Source: Bacilli bacterium (lineage in GTDB: Bacteria > Bacillota_I > Bacilli_A > RF39 > UBA660). Taken from it: a DNA stretch of 64,000 bases. How positions within the stretch are numbered: the stretch's first letter is position 1; each line of letters starts with the position of its first letter. The notes beneath the pieces are model-generated. The model was not told the origin of the DNA. It saw only the letters and a program-made list of their open reading frames with translations, and searched no databases. A program made the position numbers and the translations under genes. Shown here piece after piece: positions 37,788-48,575 of this stretch. The DNA lies in NCBI GenBank assembly GCA_017459425.1, contig JAFUCZ010000034.1, positions 3,117 to 67,116 on the forward strand, given 5' to 3'.

Positions 37788-39297
37788 GTCTGTGTCTCCT
37801 TTTTAATGCGTTTTTAATTTTATTTCTGGTTTCATAAAAATCATTTTTGTAAAAAACAATTTCAAAAACTAACACAATTATAACTGCAAAAGAAGCAGTC
37901 GTGAATGATTTTAAAATCCATTCAAAAATGCTGTTAGCAATATTTAACTTAAATATTATTCCTATTCCGCTTATGGCTGATATTTCAAAAAAAGAAATAA
38001 GTATTCTTTTATAAACAAAAACCATACTACGTTTAATCAAATTTTTTGACATGTATGCTGCATATTGAAATGTCCTAAAAACAGTTGCAGAAAGCGTACC
38101 AATTGCAACCCCAACTAATCCTAAAAAATTGACAAGTACTACTGATAGTACAATATTTAACATTGCTTCAAAAAATGAACCATTTCTTGTTTTTTTAAAA
38201 TGTCCTACTGCTTCCACTATTGACTGATATGGAATTCTATAACATCCAAATAAAGTTGCAATAATTAAAATAATGGCAAAATCTGGTCTAATATAGTTTG
38301 CGTCATTAATGTTGTGAGTGTATATATTGACAAACGATAAAATCATAACAATGGTAGTGCCAAAAAATATATTACTTAAAGAAAAAGTAACTTGCTCAAA
38401 CACAAATAAATTTTTGTATATTAATTTTTCTTCATTTTTTGCAAACATATTACCAAATGCCGCACCTACACCATTAACAAATGTGAGCAGAATTTTTCTG
38501 ATACCATTTGTAACCATATAATATACTGTATATACTGATACTTCGAAAACATTTGTAAAAATTGTTAATACAAACATATCTGTATTTGAATTAACAAAAT
38601 TTGCTACCTGTAATCCAAAACAATCCCATCTTTCAGCAAGAGCATCTTTGTTTGGTTTAACTGTTTTGTCAATTTTATATTTTTTTCTAGCATACCAATT
38701 AATGATAATTGGGTTGAGTGAAAATACAATGGTGCTTCCTAATTTAACAATATGTATATTTGAACCAATTTTGATAAGAATAAATGCTACTAATGTATTT
38801 AAAATAGTAGAAAATATTTGTACATACGAAATTACACATTGCCTCTGATCAGCATTTAATAACAATTGATATGTTAAGCCAAAGTAGTATTGTGAAAAAG
38901 TGCTGATTCCAAGTATAATTACAAGAGAGAAAGAAAACCAATAATCAAAATTTTTAATTATAAAAAATGGATAAATTAGCGCTAACGCAATTAAAGAAAA
39001 CAAAAAAATTATTGCAACTTTTTTTAAAAACTGTTCTGTTGCATTAACAACTGCACTTATTTTTTCTGTATTTCCTTCTGCTAAAGGCTTATACAAAGCA
39101 GCTCTTGTTACACCACCAATTCCAGCACGCATCAATGCTACATAACCTAAAAACTGCGTAATAGAAGATGTGACACCATTGTAATCAGATCCAAAAGCAG
39201 ATAAAATTAATCTTGGTAATATAAATCCACAAATGACAGCAACAAATTCATATAATAGTCCTGCAATTGTATTATATAATGCTTTCTTGCTTCTCAT
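37762..39297 (-). CDS. wzx: Wzx-type polysaccharide flippase (MOP superfamily)
   Basis: 511 aa with about 14 TM spans, and an N-terminus KKALYNTIAGLLYEFV... typical of the polysaccharide biosynthesis protein family. Confidence 0.8.
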   Translation of the reverse strand: MRSKKALYNTIAGLLYEFVAVICGFILPRLILSAFGSDYNGVTSSITQFLGYVALMRAGIGGVTRAALYKPLAEGNTEKISAVVNATEQFLKKVAIIFLFSLIALALIYPFFIIKNFDYWFSFSLVIILGISTFSQYYFGLTYQLLLNADQRQCVISYVQIFSTILNTLVAFILIKIGSNIHIVKLGSTIVFSLNPIIINWYARKKYKIDKTVKPNKDALAERWDCFGLQVANFVNSNTDMFVLTIFTNVFEVSVYTVYYMVTNGIRKILLTFVNGVGAAFGNMFAKNEEKLIYKNLFVFEQVTFSLSNIFFGTTIVMILSFVNIYTHNINDANYIRPDFAIILIIATLFGCYRIPYQSIVEAVGHFKKTRNGSFFEAMLNIVLSVVLVNFLGLVGVAIGTLSATVFRTFQYAAYMSKNLIKRSMVFVYKRILISFFEISAISGIGIIFKLNIANSIFEWILKSFTTASFAVIIVLVFEIVFYKNDFYETRNKIKNALKRRHRHERKIKAV

Positions 39298-39307
39298 ATA
39301 ACAACTC

Positions 39308-40159
39308 CTATTCCCAAATTTTAGGTTCCAATCTACATTTTTTTCTAAATAATTTATGTATTTTTTTTATTTTATTTATTAAATTAATAGTTTGCTTGTA
39401 AGAACCTTTTTTTTCGTTTAACATCCAATTTTTAGTTTTTTTTGAAAAATGGACTCCATTCGATTTTCCAAAACCAAATCGCCTTGCAAATTCCATAATA
39501 TATTTGTTTGACTCACAAAAAACAGTACCAAAATTAGGTGCACTCATGTCCTGTACTTTTTTACATAATTCTATTCGCTCTTTTATTTTTTCTTTAGACT
39601 CATAATTCGACATCTTATCAAATTCAAATAAAGCTCCAATTATAATACATTTTTTATTTTGGAATATTGAATTTCTATAACTAAATTGGCATTCTTCCTT
39701 TTTTAATGAATGTATTTCACCATTTTCGATATAATCAACTTTAATAATGTAGTCACTTATTACTTTGTTATGCTTTTTTCCTCTTCCAGCATTCATATAT
39801 ATTGCACCACCAATTAAACCTGGGACAGAAAATAAATATTCAATTCCACCACAATTATGTTTATTTATTTCTTTAATAGCTTGCTGTAATCTAACTGATG
39901 CTCCAATATAAAATTTATTCTCATCAATTTTCTTAATTTCATTATTAAAATCTCTTAAACAAATAGCTTCTTTAAATGTTTTAGAATCATTTATAATTAA
40001 ATTTGAGCCCCCACCTATTAAATAATTTAATGTATTAGGTTTATCAATAGATATTTTAAATAATTCTTCAATATTCTCAGGAAAGTAAAGTTTTTCTACA
40101 ATTCCCCCCATTTTAAAAGTAGTATATTTAGCTAAATTTTCATTTTTTAATACTTTCAT
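39308..40159 (-). CDS. MurB-like UDP-N-acetylenolpyruvoylglucosamine reductase paralogue
   Basis: LAKYTTFKMGG, GGGSNL, PGLIGGAIYMNAG and FSYRNSIF align to MurB. The position of the catalytic Ser motif (GS.F) reads FGTVF. Confidence 0.75.
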   Translation of the reverse strand: MKVLKNENLAKYTTFKMGGIVEKLYFPENIEELFKISIDKPNTLNYLIGGGSNLIINDSKTFKEAICLRDFNNEIKKIDENKFYIGASVRLQQAIKEINKHNCGGIEYLFSVPGLIGGAIYMNAGRGKKHNKVISDYIIKVDYIENGEIHSLKKEECQFSYRNSIFQNKKCIIIGALFEFDKMSNYESKEKIKERIELCKKVQDMSAPNFGTVFCESNKYIMEFARRFGFGKSNGVHFSKKTKNWMLNEKKGSYKQTINLINKIKKIHKLFRKKCRLEPKIWE

Positions 40160-41181
40160 TTTTTTACACTCCTTATTGCGTCACATAAATAATTTTTAGA
40201 ATGATCAATGTTATTGTTAATCTTATTATTTATTTTACTATAATCTATGATTTCATTAAATTTGTCCATTATGTTTTCGTTAGTAATATCTCTATTTCCC
40301 AAATTAAAAGAATCGAGTAACTCAACAATTTTATTTTTTCCTTTTGAATAAGTAATAAATTGTTTTCTATAATTTATTGCATATGCTGTCCCATGAAATG
40401 TATTTGTTATTACGTATTTAGCGTTTTTATATTCATAAAATGGCATTCCATTAATTGAATGAATACATTTGTCACACCAACTTATATATTGCCCTAATGA
40501 GACAAGCTTCATATTTTTACTGTGTGCAAAAGAAATAATATCGTTTATTTCTTGCTGTGTCAACGAGCCATAAAATAAATATACCGCGATAAAATTTTGT
40601 GTTTCAGAAGATACACTCATTGAATTTAGAAATGTTGGATCAACTACTACATCTATCGATTTATTACAATATGTCGATAAAGTTTTTTTTGAATATTCGT
40701 CACGTACACTTATACAATCAAATTTTTTTAGCAATTCAACATATTTACTATTTAAAAATAATTCACTTTTTGTTGTATTAATTGATGGAGCATACGAAAT
40801 TTTTGGGCAATCAAAACCATCAGCCCAGAATTCATCTTTTTGGCACTCTAAACGTGAAATATTCCATATTTCGTCGCTTCCAACAACAACACAATCAAAT
40901 CCTTTTCTTGAGCATGTTGATGGTAATGATTCCCATGCTTTTTTTAAAATGAAGTACTCTTTTAATTCGAAAAAGGTTCCTTTAATTATTTTAATAATTG
41001 ATTTGTTTGTAATTATATTTTTTTTTATTTTTCTAGCACACGCTCTAAATAGTTTTCTGGATTTGCCATTGTAAAATACTGCATCATATCCTTGATTTAA
41101 AATATAATTATATAAATTTTTGGCTTGTAAAAAACTTCCAAAATTATAACTGTTATAAACTGTTACTATACATATTTTCAC
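40156..41181 (-). CDS. polysaccharide pyruvyl transferase family protein (copy 2)
   Basis: MKICIVTVYNSYNFGSFLQAKNLY N-terminus and GSDEIWN motif. 4-nt overlap with the MurB-like gene. Confidence 0.75.
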   Translation of the reverse strand: MKICIVTVYNSYNFGSFLQAKNLYNYILNQGYDAVFYNGKSRKLFRACARKIKKNIITNKSIIKIIKGTFFELKEYFILKKAWESLPSTCSRKGFDCVVVGSDEIWNISRLECQKDEFWADGFDCPKISYAPSINTTKSELFLNSKYVELLKKFDCISVRDEYSKKTLSTYCNKSIDVVVDPTFLNSMSVSSETQNFIAVYLFYGSLTQQEINDIISFAHSKNMKLVSLGQYISWCDKCIHSINGMPFYEYKNAKYVITNTFHGTAYAINYRKQFITYSKGKNKIVELLDSFNLGNRDITNENIMDKFNEIIDYSKINNKINNNIDHSKNYLCDAIRSVKK

Positions 41182-42389
41182 TGCGTATCTATCTCCTTGT
41201 TTTCACTATTTTGATGGCTAATCAGTGCAATAGTAAGAATATTTAAAATGCTAAGCCTACTAACGTAATATGTCACTTGCCAATACTCTAAAATTAACAT
41301 ACAGATATTTAAAATTAGAAATGATTTTAAAATTATTAAATCTTCATTTTTGTTTGTTTTATTTATACATTTTAACAGCATAACAATTATATATACATAT
41401 TTACTATAATATATTATATAACCAATAATTCCACAACTATATAGTAGTTCCCAAATGTTACTATGAGAGTATAATCCATTACCATATAATTTCTTAAAAG
41501 TTGAAAGTCCATTACCTAAGAATGGCTCCTCTTTAAATTTAATTTTGGCGGTATTTTTTAAATTGTTTCGAATTGCTTCCGAATTATCTACAACATAATT
41601 TGAATTTAATCCGTTTATTGATCTCTCAATTCTAACTCCTAAAACATTATAAAACAATGGAATTTTAAACATTAAAACTCCGATACATAAAATAACAAAA
41701 ATATATTTAAATATATGTAAAACCTTGGCATAATTTTTTGTATTCATAATTGGAACTAGAAAAGAAATAACAGCACATGGTAAAATAATTTTTCTGGTTC
41801 CTGAAAGAATTACCACTGTAAAAAATATTATTGAAGATAATAAATAAGTTTTTTTCTTTTTTAAAATAAACAATATCCATGCAATGCAAAAAGCAACCCC
41901 TGCAATATATCCAAATGTTGTTCCAACACCACTAAATTTTAATCCAAAAATTGATAAATCAACATTAGAAAAACTTAATCTAAATAATGAATTTTTAAAA
42001 AAACGAATATAAATAAAAATTAAAACTAACATTGAAAAAGTTACAGGATATACATATTTTTTTAAAATATCTTCTAAATTTTTTGATGTGACAAAGAAAT
42101 TGTATATAATAATCTGTGTTACAAACTTGACGCAAAGCGTTATCACCATTTTTATAGATTCATTAGGAAGCTTTGAGAATAAAAACGAATGTAAAGCAGC
42201 AAATATAATAAAAGTCAATTCAAAGTAAAAGAATTTATTCCATTTGAAACTGTAATTATTAAATAATGAAATTAGAATAAACAATAAAAACGTCGAAAAA
42301 ATTTCAAGCGTTTGATTATTCAAACATGTATTAATAAAAAAGTAAATAATAAAAGCTATATACATAATTTTTTCAGTTTTTATTTTCAT
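41178..42389 (-). CDS. wzy: O-antigen polymerase/ligase-like (Wzy) membrane protein
   Basis: About 11 TM spans and a large loop. Its position in a Wzx/Wzy locus supports the call. Confidence 0.65.
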   Translation of the reverse strand: MKIKTEKIMYIAFIIYFFINTCLNNQTLEIFSTFLLFILISLFNNYSFKWNKFFYFELTFIIFAALHSFLFSKLPNESIKMVITLCVKFVTQIIIYNFFVTSKNLEDILKKYVYPVTFSMLVLIFIYIRFFKNSLFRLSFSNVDLSIFGLKFSGVGTTFGYIAGVAFCIAWILFILKKKKTYLLSSIIFFTVVILSGTRKIILPCAVISFLVPIMNTKNYAKVLHIFKYIFVILCIGVLMFKIPLFYNVLGVRIERSINGLNSNYVVDNSEAIRNNLKNTAKIKFKEEPFLGNGLSTFKKLYGNGLYSHSNIWELLYSCGIIGYIIYYSKYVYIIVMLLKCINKTNKNEDLIILKSFLILNICMLILEYWQVTYYVSRLSILNILTIALISHQNSENKEIDTQ

Positions 42390-42403
42390 ACTTTCACCCC
42401 TTA

Positions 42404-43531
42404 TTATTTTTCTAGGATATTTCTTATTTTTTCACTCCAATTAAACTCTAATTCTTTTTTTCTTTCTTTTTGTTCTTTTTTTATTTTTTCATTCCATTCT
42501 TCAGATAAATATTTTTTTATTGCATTTTTTAAACTAACCGTATTTAAATCAAAAAGCCAGTCATTATTATTTAAAATTTCAGGAATACCTCCCCTATTTG
42601 ATCCAATTACGGGTACATTTAAATATAGGGACTCAAGAACAGTATTTGGACATGAATCAGCATAAGATGGTACTATAGATAATTTTGAATTAACTATTAA
42701 GCTAGCAGGATTTTTAATTCTACCTAAAAATACTATATTGTCAAATTTTTTATACATTTTTTTATATTTTTCTAATTCTAATCCATCACCTATTACTGCT
42801 ACTTTAATTATAATATTTTCGTTATATAATTCTTCTATTGCCTTAAGTAAAATATTGTGTCCTTTTCTAATATTATTAAAATTTCCAACAAATACTAAAT
42901 CATATTTTGAATTATTACTATCAATATTTTTTTTATTGTTTTCAATCCATGATGGATTAACATTGTTAATTTGTATACTAGTATTATTTATTATTTTGCT
43001 TTTTAAAAACTTATGTCTAATACATAATTGATCTAAATCATACTTGCATTGTACTATTATTTTTGATGATTTTTTTAAGCATAGAAATTCGCTAAACAGT
43101 AGCAAACGTAATGTTATAAATCTTTTTATGCCATTTATTTTTTGACTTTCTAATTGTATTTTTTTATATGAAAGAAGATCTTGTCTTAAAAAAAGATTAA
43201 TATTTTTTATATTATATATTGCAAGTGAAATAGCAGCACGAATATCAAAAACAACAACTTTGTCAAAGTTTTTTTCTTTAATAAATTTAAATATCTCTTT
43301 GTTTTGTTTAATTACATTAAGACCATACATTTTATCAGAAGTTATTTTTAATGTTTTACCATTAATATTCATTTTTTTCATGTCATCAATTGAATCTTTT
43401 GAAACCAAAAATACTTCATAGCCTTCTTCAATAAAATAATTTGTTAATTCAAAAAATCTTTTTACTCCGCCTGTTTTTTCACCTATGACATTGTCAATTG
43501 AATACATACAAATTGATTTATTTTTTTTCAC
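42404..43531 (-). CDS. glycosyltransferase, GT4 (GT-B fold)
   Basis: C-terminal ...PSYADSCPNTVLESLYLNVPVIGSNRGGIPEIL (EX7E-like). Confidence 0.8.
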   Translation of the reverse strand: MKKNKSICMYSIDNVIGEKTGGVKRFFELTNYFIEEGYEVFLVSKDSIDDMKKMNINGKTLKITSDKMYGLNVIKQNKEIFKFIKEKNFDKVVVFDIRAAISLAIYNIKNINLFLRQDLLSYKKIQLESQKINGIKRFITLRLLLFSEFLCLKKSSKIIVQCKYDLDQLCIRHKFLKSKIINNTSIQINNVNPSWIENNKKNIDSNNSKYDLVFVGNFNNIRKGHNILLKAIEELYNENIIIKVAVIGDGLELEKYKKMYKKFDNIVFLGRIKNPASLIVNSKLSIVPSYADSCPNTVLESLYLNVPVIGSNRGGIPEILNNNDWLFDLNTVSLKNAIKKYLSEEWNEKIKKEQKERKKELEFNWSEKIRNILEK

Positions 43532-43535
43532 AAAT

Positions 43536-44654
43536 CTAATACTCCTTTTTTATAATACTAGTGTAAATATCTTGCATTAAATTTACACATTTATCCCATT
43601 CATATTTTTTTATCACTAAATTACGTCCGTTTTTCCCCATATTTGTTCGTAACTTTTCATCACTTATAAGTTCTATTAGTTTTTCACAAATTTTATCTGG
43701 TGATTTTGATTCAACAACATAACCAGATACATTATTTTCAACAACTTCTGGCAAACCACCTACATTTGATACAATTACTGGAAGACAACACGAAGATGCT
43801 TCAAGAATTGCTACTCCAAAAGATTCACTGTCTAAAATGCTGGGTGCAACGTAAATATCAAATGAATTTAATGCATTTGGCACATCAGAATGAGCGATTT
43901 TACCGCAAAAAATAACTTTATTTTGAATTTTTAAATCTGCTGCTAATTGTATTAACTCATCAGTTTGATTTCCTGGACCAACTAGTTTTAAAAGTAATTT
44001 ATCATATATTTCTATATTGTTTTTTTGGAAAAAACTTAAAGTCTGTGCATATGCTTTAATTAAATATTCAATTCCGTATTTTTTATCCATTTTTTTTACA
44101 GTACCAATGACAATTTTTTTATTATCTTTCATATTTATATTTTTATAAAATTTGTTACTGTCGATACCAAATGGTGTTACAAATATTTCTTTTTTTATCT
44201 TTGGGAATTCTTTAAGAATTTGTTTTTTCATACACTCACTTGTCGAACCAATATAATTATACCAATTTAAGATATATCCAACAATTCTTTTTTTTATTTT
44301 ACTTTTAACTAAGTCATAAACTTCCCAACCATACACTGATAAAAAAGCCTTTCTTTTGTTCGAAAAAGTACCTAAAAATCCATATCCAAAAGCTTGATGA
44401 ACATGTATAATATCTGGATTGATTTTTTTTGTTATTCTTTTTACAAATAAACCATTAAATATAAAGCCTAATTTGCCTTTGAATGGCAACTGATGAACTA
44501 TAAATCTTGAATCAATTCCCTGATTAAAAGAATACTTGTTTTTAGTAAATGATTCTTGCGTCACAAAATGCACTGTATGTCCTTTATTACACATTGCGCT
44601 TGCCCAATTATTACTATGTATACTTCTTCCAGGTGCAATAAACATTATTTTCAT
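43536..44654 (-). CDS. glycosyltransferase, GT4 (GT-B fold)
   Basis: ESFGVAILEASSCCLPVIVSNVGGLPEVV. Confidence 0.85.
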   Translation of the reverse strand: MKIMFIAPGRSIHSNNWASAMCNKGHTVHFVTQESFTKNKYSFNQGIDSRFIVHQLPFKGKLGFIFNGLFVKRITKKINPDIIHVHQAFGYGFLGTFSNKRKAFLSVYGWEVYDLVKSKIKKRIVGYILNWYNYIGSTSECMKKQILKEFPKIKKEIFVTPFGIDSNKFYKNINMKDNKKIVIGTVKKMDKKYGIEYLIKAYAQTLSFFQKNNIEIYDKLLLKLVGPGNQTDELIQLAADLKIQNKVIFCGKIAHSDVPNALNSFDIYVAPSILDSESFGVAILEASSCCLPVIVSNVGGLPEVVENNVSGYVVESKSPDKICEKLIELISDEKLRTNMGKNGRNLVIKKYEWDKCVNLMQDIYTSIIKKEY

Positions 44655-45847
44655 TTTGTACCTCCACGTGACATTGATTTAATATAATCGAGAAATTTAA
44701 TACCTGATTCTTTTTCGTTATTAATTGATAAGGATATTTTATTTTTTGGAAATTCTGTCAATAATTCGTCCACTTTTTTCATTAAATTTGACCAATTTAT
44801 ATCATTTTCGCATTTTGCTTCAAAATATAGTTCATCTAAATCTAAGCGTTTTAAAACATCTTCAACTTTTGATGGTACATCTTTTATTTTATATTCAGCA
44901 CTTATTGCAATAACAGGTGTTAGATTTTTAAGTGATAGTAATGTCCCATGAAAATATTTAGAAAAAGTAATGTCAAAAAGCGAAAATATTCTACTCCATT
45001 CTAAAGGAGTTAAATCAGATATATATTTTATATCAGCATATTCACAATATGAATAAATTGAAACTATTTGATACTCATCCCCATATTTGTTTTTTAATTC
45101 ATGTACTAATCTTTTAGCTAAATTACCATTTAGATTTGACAACATTAGTCCAATATGTTTCTTTTTTGTATCCCATTTGTATTTTTTTATTAGTTTTGTC
45201 TTTAATTTTTGTACAAATTCTTCGCCAATTTTATCTTTTTCAAAATCTAATAAAAAAGTCGGATCACAATTATGAATTGCTACATCTTTTTGTAGTATTT
45301 CATTAACCATTTTTTCTGTAAGTATATCTCTAACCCCAATATAATTAAAATCTGAAAGTGCTTTTTTTATAATTGCTTTTTGTTCAGGAGTAACTTTATC
45401 ATATTTTAATCCGTTACAAGATGCGGCATATGAGATCTTTTTAGTGTTTTTAAAATCATCAAGCAAAAAATATGGATTAGGCAATCCTCTTTTTTCAAAA
45501 TTCCATACTGCATCACTACCAACAATTATAATGTCATATGTGTTTTTTAGTTTTTTAAATACTTTTTTTTCGTCATTTGATATTATTTTATATTTTGATA
45601 AAGATAAATATTTTAAATCTTTTTTAAAAGATTTATACATTTCAATTCTATTTTTAATTTTTAAAATACTTTTTTTTCCTCTATATAACGTAAACATTTT
45701 ATAATACCAATGCATATTACGTGACATATAGTCAATTATTTCTGCATCAACATTTTCTATTTCATTGAGTCTTTGTGATAGAGCATATGACTGCATAAAT
45801 GCTCCATAATTTATGCTCCTATGATACGTTAAAATTCCAATTTTCAT
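44651..45847 (-). CDS. polysaccharide pyruvyl transferase family protein (copy 1)
   Basis: MKIGILTYHRSINYGAFMQSYAL and GSDAVWN. ATGA overlap with the next gene. Confidence 0.75.
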   Translation of the reverse strand: MKIGILTYHRSINYGAFMQSYALSQRLNEIENVDAEIIDYMSRNMHWYYKMFTLYRGKKSILKIKNRIEMYKSFKKDLKYLSLSKYKIISNDEKKVFKKLKNTYDIIIVGSDAVWNFEKRGLPNPYFLLDDFKNTKKISYAASCNGLKYDKVTPEQKAIIKKALSDFNYIGVRDILTEKMVNEILQKDVAIHNCDPTFLLDFEKDKIGEEFVQKLKTKLIKKYKWDTKKKHIGLMLSNLNGNLAKRLVHELKNKYGDEYQIVSIYSYCEYADIKYISDLTPLEWSRIFSLFDITFSKYFHGTLLSLKNLTPVIAISAEYKIKDVPSKVEDVLKRLDLDELYFEAKCENDINWSNLMKKVDELLTEFPKNKISLSINNEKESGIKFLDYIKSMSRGGTK

Positions 45848-45861
45848 ATTTTGCCTCCACT

Positions 45862-46638
45862 TTATTTTTTTAGATAAATTCTTTTTTTAACTGCATTAAA
45901 TGCATAGCCGATAAAGCAATAGCAAGTTTTAAAAAATGGCAATTTTTCTATTTTTCTGTACCAATACCAATTCATTTTTATAGCTTTAAACTTATTGCTT
46001 GAAAGTGAATTAGGTACAACTCTATAATACGACAAATTATATGGGCACTCATAACAGTCATAACCACTTTTTAACAATTGACACCATGTTGCAGCATCTT
46101 GTCTTCTTCTAATGTTTGGCATAACTAAAACACCTTTACCAGTAATTTTTGTATCTACAATTACTCCAACCGTTTGAATTATTGTATTTCTTAAAAATAG
46201 ATTATAATTAACTTTTGTTGGAATTTTTACTATTTTATTTAAACTTTTGCCATTAACATCTATTTTCTCATAATCTGTACATGTAAATGCATAATTATGT
46301 TCTAACATAAAATTTATTTGTTTTTCCAACTTTTCTTTTGCCCATAAGTCATCAGCATCTAAATATGCTATAAAACGTCCATTTGCTTCTTTTAAAGCTC
46401 TGTTTCTAGCAACAGCTGCCCCACTATTTTTTTCTAATTTAAAATATTTAATTCTATCATCTTTTTTTTTATATTCTTTTATTATTTCGGCCGAATTATC
46501 TGGTGTGCAATCATCCACTAAAATCATTTCCCAATTCTTATATGTTTGATTAATTACACATTCAATAGTTTCCGGAAGAATTTTTGAGCAATTGTAAACG
46601 GGTGTAATAATTGAAACTAATTCTTCGTTTTTTTTCAT
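45862..46638 (-). CDS. glycosyltransferase family 2
   Basis: VSIITPVYNCSK..., VDDCTPDNS, and the DXD motif LDADD. Confidence 0.88.
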   Translation of the reverse strand: MKKNEELVSIITPVYNCSKILPETIECVINQTYKNWEMILVDDCTPDNSAEIIKEYKKKDDRIKYFKLEKNSGAAVARNRALKEANGRFIAYLDADDLWAKEKLEKQINFMLEHNYAFTCTDYEKIDVNGKSLNKIVKIPTKVNYNLFLRNTIIQTVGVIVDTKITGKGVLVMPNIRRRQDAATWCQLLKSGYDCYECPYNLSYYRVVPNSLSSNKFKAIKMNWYWYRKIEKLPFFKTCYCFIGYAFNAVKKRIYLKK

Positions 46639-46652
46639 CTTTAAATCACCTA

Positions 46653-47699
46653 TTATTTATAGTATTCATTGTACCAAGTAGCAAATTTACGTAAACCTTC
46701 TCTTAAAGAAGTATTAGGCTTAAATCCGTAATCTCTTTCAAGTGGTGTCGTATCAGCATATGTAACAGGTACATCACCTGGTTGCATTGGTACTAATTCC
46801 TTATGAGATTCAAAATCATAGTCACTAGGCAACACTTTTGCTCTTACTAATTCTTCTTGTAAAATACTAACAAAATCAAGTAAATTTTCAGGATTTGAGT
46901 TACCTATGTTATATACTGCATATGGAGCAATAGGAAGTTTGTCTTCCCCTATTTTTTTCTCAGGCGCTCCTTGCATTACCCTAATTATTCCTTCTACAAT
47001 ATCATCTATATATGTAAAATCTCTTTTACAATTACCATAATTAAATATTTTTATTGTTTCACCATTAATTAATTTGTTTGTAAAACCAAAATAAGCCATA
47101 TCAGGACGCCCTGCTGGACCATAAACTGTAAAGAATCTAAGTCCAGTTGATGGTATATCATAAAGTTTAGAATAAGAATGAGCTAATAACTCATTTGACT
47201 TTTTAGTAGCTGCATATAAACTAACAGGATTATCCACTTTATCATCAGTTGAAAATGGAACTTTTTTATTACCACCATAAACTGAAGAAGATGAAGCATA
47301 TACCAAATGTTCTACTGGATAATTACGACATGCTTCTAAAATGTTATAAAATCCGATTAAATTTGATTCAATGTATGCATCTGGGTTTGTAATACTATAT
47401 CTAACACCGGCTTGTGCTGCTAAATTAACAACAATATCGAATTTATATTCGTCAAATATTTCATTAATTAGTTTTTTATCAGCTAAATTACCTTTAATAA
47501 ATTTGAAATTATTGTATTTGTTTAAACTATCTAGTCTATATTCTTTTAAACTAACATCATAATAATCATTCATATTATCTAAACCAATTATATATGTATT
47601 CTGATAATCATTTAATAATCTTTTACATAAATTAGATCCTATAAAACCGGCTGCACCAGTTACTAATATTTTTTTATCTTCTAAAATTATTTTTTTCAT
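46653..47699 (-). CDS. NAD-dependent epimerase, UDP-glucuronate 4-epimerase-like
   Basis: VTGAAGFIGSNL, GLDNMNDYYDVSLKEYRL, and the YAATK catalytic pair. Start trimmed to ATG 47699 (AGGTGTGA RBS). Confidence 0.85.
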   Translation of the reverse strand: MKKIILEDKKILVTGAAGFIGSNLCKRLLNDYQNTYIIGLDNMNDYYDVSLKEYRLDSLNKYNNFKFIKGNLADKKLINEIFDEYKFDIVVNLAAQAGVRYSITNPDAYIESNLIGFYNILEACRNYPVEHLVYASSSSVYGGNKKVPFSTDDKVDNPVSLYAATKKSNELLAHSYSKLYDIPSTGLRFFTVYGPAGRPDMAYFGFTNKLINGETIKIFNYGNCKRDFTYIDDIVEGIIRVMQGAPEKKIGEDKLPIAPYAVYNIGNSNPENLLDFVSILQEELVRAKVLPSDYDFESHKELVPMQPGDVPVTYADTTPLERDYGFKPNTSLREGLRKFATWYNEYYK

Positions 47700-47709
47700 A
47701 TAATCACAC

Positions 47710-48378
47710 CTATTTAGCACCATTTCTTTTAAATACGGCAGCAACAGTTTTAAATATACATTTAATATCTAATAGTATACTTGCATTTTGTATATAATAA
47801 TATTCAAGCTGTAATCTTTTTTTATAAGTAATTGAACTTCTACCATTACAAGCCCACCAACCTGTTATACCTGGTCTCATTGCTTCATATATTTCATGAT
47901 TACCATTATGCGCATCAAGTTCACCTTCAATTAAAGGTCTAGGACCAATTAATGACATATCACCTTTTAATACATTAATAAATTGAGGTGCTTCATCAAG
48001 TGAAGTTTTTCTTAAAATTTTACCCATTTTTGTAATTCTTGGATCATGTTCAAATTTTTGATTCAATTCCCATTCTTCTCTATACTTTTTATCTTTAAGA
48101 AGTTCTTTTAAAATTTCATCGGCGTTTGGCACCATTGATCTAAATTTCAAAATATAAATAAACTTTCCATCTTTACCAATTCTTTTTTGTTTATAAAAAA
48201 TTGAATTAAAATCTCCAGTACAAATATTACATATTTTAACAACCAAAATTATAGGTAATAAAAATATACATCCAATTAAAGAAATTAAAGCATCAAAAAA
48301 TCTTTTTATACATAAATACGCATAAAAACTAATTGATCTAGTAGTAGTATCAATTGCTATTACTTTTTCATCTAACAT
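47710..48378 (-). CDS. initiating undecaprenyl-phosphate sugar phosphotransferase (small bacterial sugar transferase family)
   Basis: IKRFFDALISLIG TM hairpin, KFRSM, DEAPQF, and GDMSLIGPRPL. Confidence 0.88.
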   Translation of the reverse strand: MLDEKVIAIDTTTRSISFYAYLCIKRFFDALISLIGCIFLLPIILVVKICNICTGDFNSIFYKQKRIGKDGKFIYILKFRSMVPNADEILKELLKDKKYREEWELNQKFEHDPRITKMGKILRKTSLDEAPQFINVLKGDMSLIGPRPLIEGELDAHNGNHEIYEAMRPGITGWWACNGRSSITYKKRLQLEYYYIQNASILLDIKCIFKTVAAVFKRNGAK

Positions 48379-48575
48379 TATAATTCTCCCCTTTAAATTA
48401 CTTTATTTAAGCATCAATAAAATAATTATACCATATAATAGCACATTTTTGATAAATTTCAAGTTTTTTTTTACAAAAAAAATAATATTTGAATTGAAAA
48501 ATATACGGATTTTACATATAAATACTTAAAAGTATATTATATAGACTATATTTAACTTTACACAAACATCTAAAA

